From: Macrostomum lignano
Lineage: Eukaryota
Assembly (NCBI GenBank): GCA_002269645.1
Contig: NIVC01001398.1
Coordinates: 62,001-126,000 of the forward strand
DNA: 64,000 nucleotides
Direction of reading: 5' to 3'
Below the pieces are notes generated by a model. The model was not told where the DNA came from. It ran no database searches and was given only the letters and a program-made list of their open reading frames with translations. The translations under genes and the position numbers were made by a program. Within the stretch, counting starts at the first letter, position 1; each line of letters starts with the position of its first letter. Positions 62,001 to 64,000 of this stretch are shown here, one piece after another.

Positions 62001-63970
62001 TAAGACTCCAGTGTACTTTAATAGAATGTACTCTTTCGTGGCAAGTCAAATTTTAAATAATTTGGTTTCCTAGAAACCATTAAATTAGCTCTCTACTTCT
62101 ATTTAAGTTTCAATCAATTTTCGAGCTCTGGATATTTAGGCCAGAATCTGCTTACTAAGACAAGTAGAAGGCCAGTGCAGTCAGCATGCAGCTTAACGAC
62201 GGACTAAAGTGCAACTAGCAGGGCAACTTTCTCGAAGACAAGATGGCTGGAAAATTGGTAAATCAATGGCCCACGCCGGTAACCAAGGCTTTTCTTAACT
62301 TTTTCAATTCTCAAACACCTTCTCAAATTATGAGCTAAGAATATGGCGAGGCCAAGTGAGGACAGGCTCAGCGCGCCCTGATCCTCCTGAGCAGGCTAAT
62401 GGATACGGCGGCTGCTGGGGATCGATGGAGCTGCATAAGAGTGCTGCTCTGCCAGATAACTGTTTACAGAGCTGGCTGCCTCCGCTTGACACGCGATCTG
62501 ATCACTATTGTGCTTGATATGTCGATTCAGGTTTACTGCAGGTGACTAATTAAGGATTCGGGACTAGGATTAAGGATTTGGGACTAGGAGCAAGGATTCG
62601 GGACTCATATTAATAATTCGGGACTAGGATTAAGGATACGGGACTAGGAACAAGGATTAAGGACTCGGGACTGGGATTAAGGATTCGGGACTAGGGTTAA
62701 AGATTCGGGACTAGAATTAAGGATTCGGGACTAGAATTAAAGATTTGGGACTAGTATTAAGGATTTGGGACAAGAATTAAGGATTCGCGGGACTATGATT
62801 AAGGATTTGGGACTAAGATTAAGGGTTAAGGATTTGGGACTAAGATTAAGGATTAAGAATTTGGGATTAAGATTAAGGATTAAGGATTTGGGACTAAAAT
62901 TAAGAATTAAGGATTTGGGACTAAGATTAAGGATTAAGGATTTGGGACTAAGATTAAGGATTAAGGATTTGGGATTAAGATTAAGGATTAAGGATTTGGG
63001 ACTAAAATTAAGAATTAAGGATTTGGGACTAAGATTAAGGATTTAGGATTTGGGACTAAGATTAAGGATTCAGGACTTCAGGTAATGACTTCAATCATCC
63101 CTTTGCCTGACCTTTCACCTCCAGCTCCGCCCTTCGCACGTGGTAGCCGCTGCCGGAGCTGGCCACGCAGGAGTACAGGCCCCGGTCGGCCAGCTGCACC
63201 GCCCCGATCGTCAGGTCGAAGTTGAGCGATTCGCCAGCGTCCTTGGCGGGAAGCGGCGAAACTCGGATGCGAGGGTCGACCAGCGAGTTGCGATTGAAGG
63301 TCAGCGTCTGGGAGTTGCGCATCCAGATCACCTGCTCCGGGTTCGGGGGTTCTGCAGTCTATTCTATTCTATTCCATTCTATTCCATTCTATTCTATTCT
63401 ATTTCATTCTATTCTATTCTATTCTATTCTATTCTATTATATTCCATTCTATTCCATTCTATTCTATTCCATTCCATTCTATTTCATTCTATTCTATTAT
63501 ATTCCATTCTATTTCATTCTATTCTATTCTATTTCTATTCTATTCTATTCTATTCCATTCTATTCCATTCTATTCCATTCTATTCCATTCCATTCCATTC
63601 CATTCCATTATATTCTATTCTATTCTATTCTATTTCTATTCTATTCTATTTCTATTCTATTCTATTTCTATTCTATTCTATTCCATTCTATTCTATTCTA
63701 TTCTATTCTATGTCTATTCTATGTCTATTTCATTCTATTTCATTCTATCTTTTCTAATGCTATTCTATCCCTTCCTATTCTACCCTACTCTACCCCATCC
63801 CACTCAAGCCGCACTCACCCGCAGCCGGTCGCTCGAGTCGCCCAGCTGCAGGCCCGAAAAGTCGCACGGCAGGCTGGCATTCGAGCCAATGACGGCGCGA
63901 ACAACGGCCGGCTTCGAGTCCGCGGAAGGCGCCATCTGTGAGAGCGGCTGCCCCTGCTGCCACCCGCTGG
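55416..63970 (-). CDS. Three-Ig-domain cell adhesion protein (Lachesin/IgLON/DIP-like), 5'-partial; exons 63970-63819, 63331-63112, 61148-60981, 58022-57897, 57195-56851, 56400-56203, 55522-55416
   Basis: Ig1 SLPC..VIW..DLTIGAVQLADRGLYSC; Ig2 LTLRCAADGSPPPSISW..DGIFQCLADNG; Ig3 MCAVSGLP..LYW..DFGVYECVAKSELG; Ser/Ala stalk and a moderately hydrophobic C-terminus; all junctions phase-consistent. Confidence 0.85.
55960..56195. repeat. (TCTG)n microsatellite in the last intron of the Ig gene
   Basis: Direct reading. Confidence 0.97.
56450..56818. repeat. 20-bp minisatellite (TTCGGGACTCCGATTGAGTA)
   Basis: Direct reading. Confidence 0.96.
57250..57850. repeat. Degenerate AGAGTGAATCTTAT-based minisatellite
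   Basis: Direct reading. Confidence 0.88.
58347..58655 (+). mobile_element. tRNA-derived SINE, copy 2
   Basis: A box TAGTGGTTAGAGCG, B box GGTTCGATTCT, body shared with 13741-14030, (ATT)n tail. Confidence 0.9.
59180..60845. repeat. 23-bp minisatellite (GGTCTGGCGCCTCTCTTACACCT) with higher-order variants, ~1.7 kb
   Basis: Direct reading. Confidence 0.98.
61160..61928. repeat. 11/23-bp minisatellite (GAGTAGAGTGT GAGAATTGGTGT)
   Basis: Direct reading. Confidence 0.97.
62555..63070. repeat. 20- to 27-bp minisatellite (TTAAGGATTCGGGACTAGGA)
   Basis: Direct reading. Confidence 0.95.
63358..63760. repeat. (CTATT)n pentamer microsatellite in the first visible intron of the Ig gene
   Basis: Direct reading. 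Confidence 0.98.
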
Positions 63971-64000
63971 CTGAAAATTGCAAGGCGGGTAAATTTTGGA

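Noticed and set aside
59165-62049. Long ORFs of 270-415 aa
   Set aside because: Minisatellite translations; only 61148-60981 is a real exon.
63332-63351. Alternative stronger-looking acceptor (ctgcag at 63352) for the Ig1 exon
   Set aside because: It is out of phase with the phase-0 donor at 63819 and gives an immediate stop; the acceptor at 63331 restores RLR-VIW.

Overview
Eukaryotic (metazoan) genomic DNA, not prokaryotic. GC-rich exons are separated by introns largely filled with minisatellites. The style is most consistent with a free-living flatworm such as Macrostomum (inference, not verified). Six spliced genes could be rebuilt by hand with phase-consistent GT-AG junctions. Minus strand: a two-pore-domain K+ channel, a MYND zinc-finger gene with no visible start codon, a four-qRRM hnRNP F/H protein, and a 3-Ig Lachesin/IgLON-like adhesion protein (5' end outside the window). 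Plus strand: MAGI (lacking WW1 and PDZ3) and ADCK5. Mobile DNA comprises a recent Ty1/copia LTR element (5-bp TSD, half-tRNA-Met PBS, a Tc1/IS630-like element nested in one LTR), two copies of a tRNA-derived SINE, an irritans-like mariner with 198-bp TIRs, two Merlin remnants, a 9-bp-TSD TIR element, hAT derivatives and a MITE. The three strongest leads are: (1) in the 12.8-kb AT-rich transposon graveyard at 21.3-33.9 kb, paralogue comparisons show C>T changes concentrated at CpA/TpG and CpG, a RIP-like signature unexpected in an animal; (2) the same region is dense in TA-GGCC-TA octamers that in-window empty-site comparisons show to be insertions, i.e. candidate excision footprints; (3) three co-oriented minus-strand genes look like a possible operon, where start codons could be supplied by a flatworm spliced-leader AUG.
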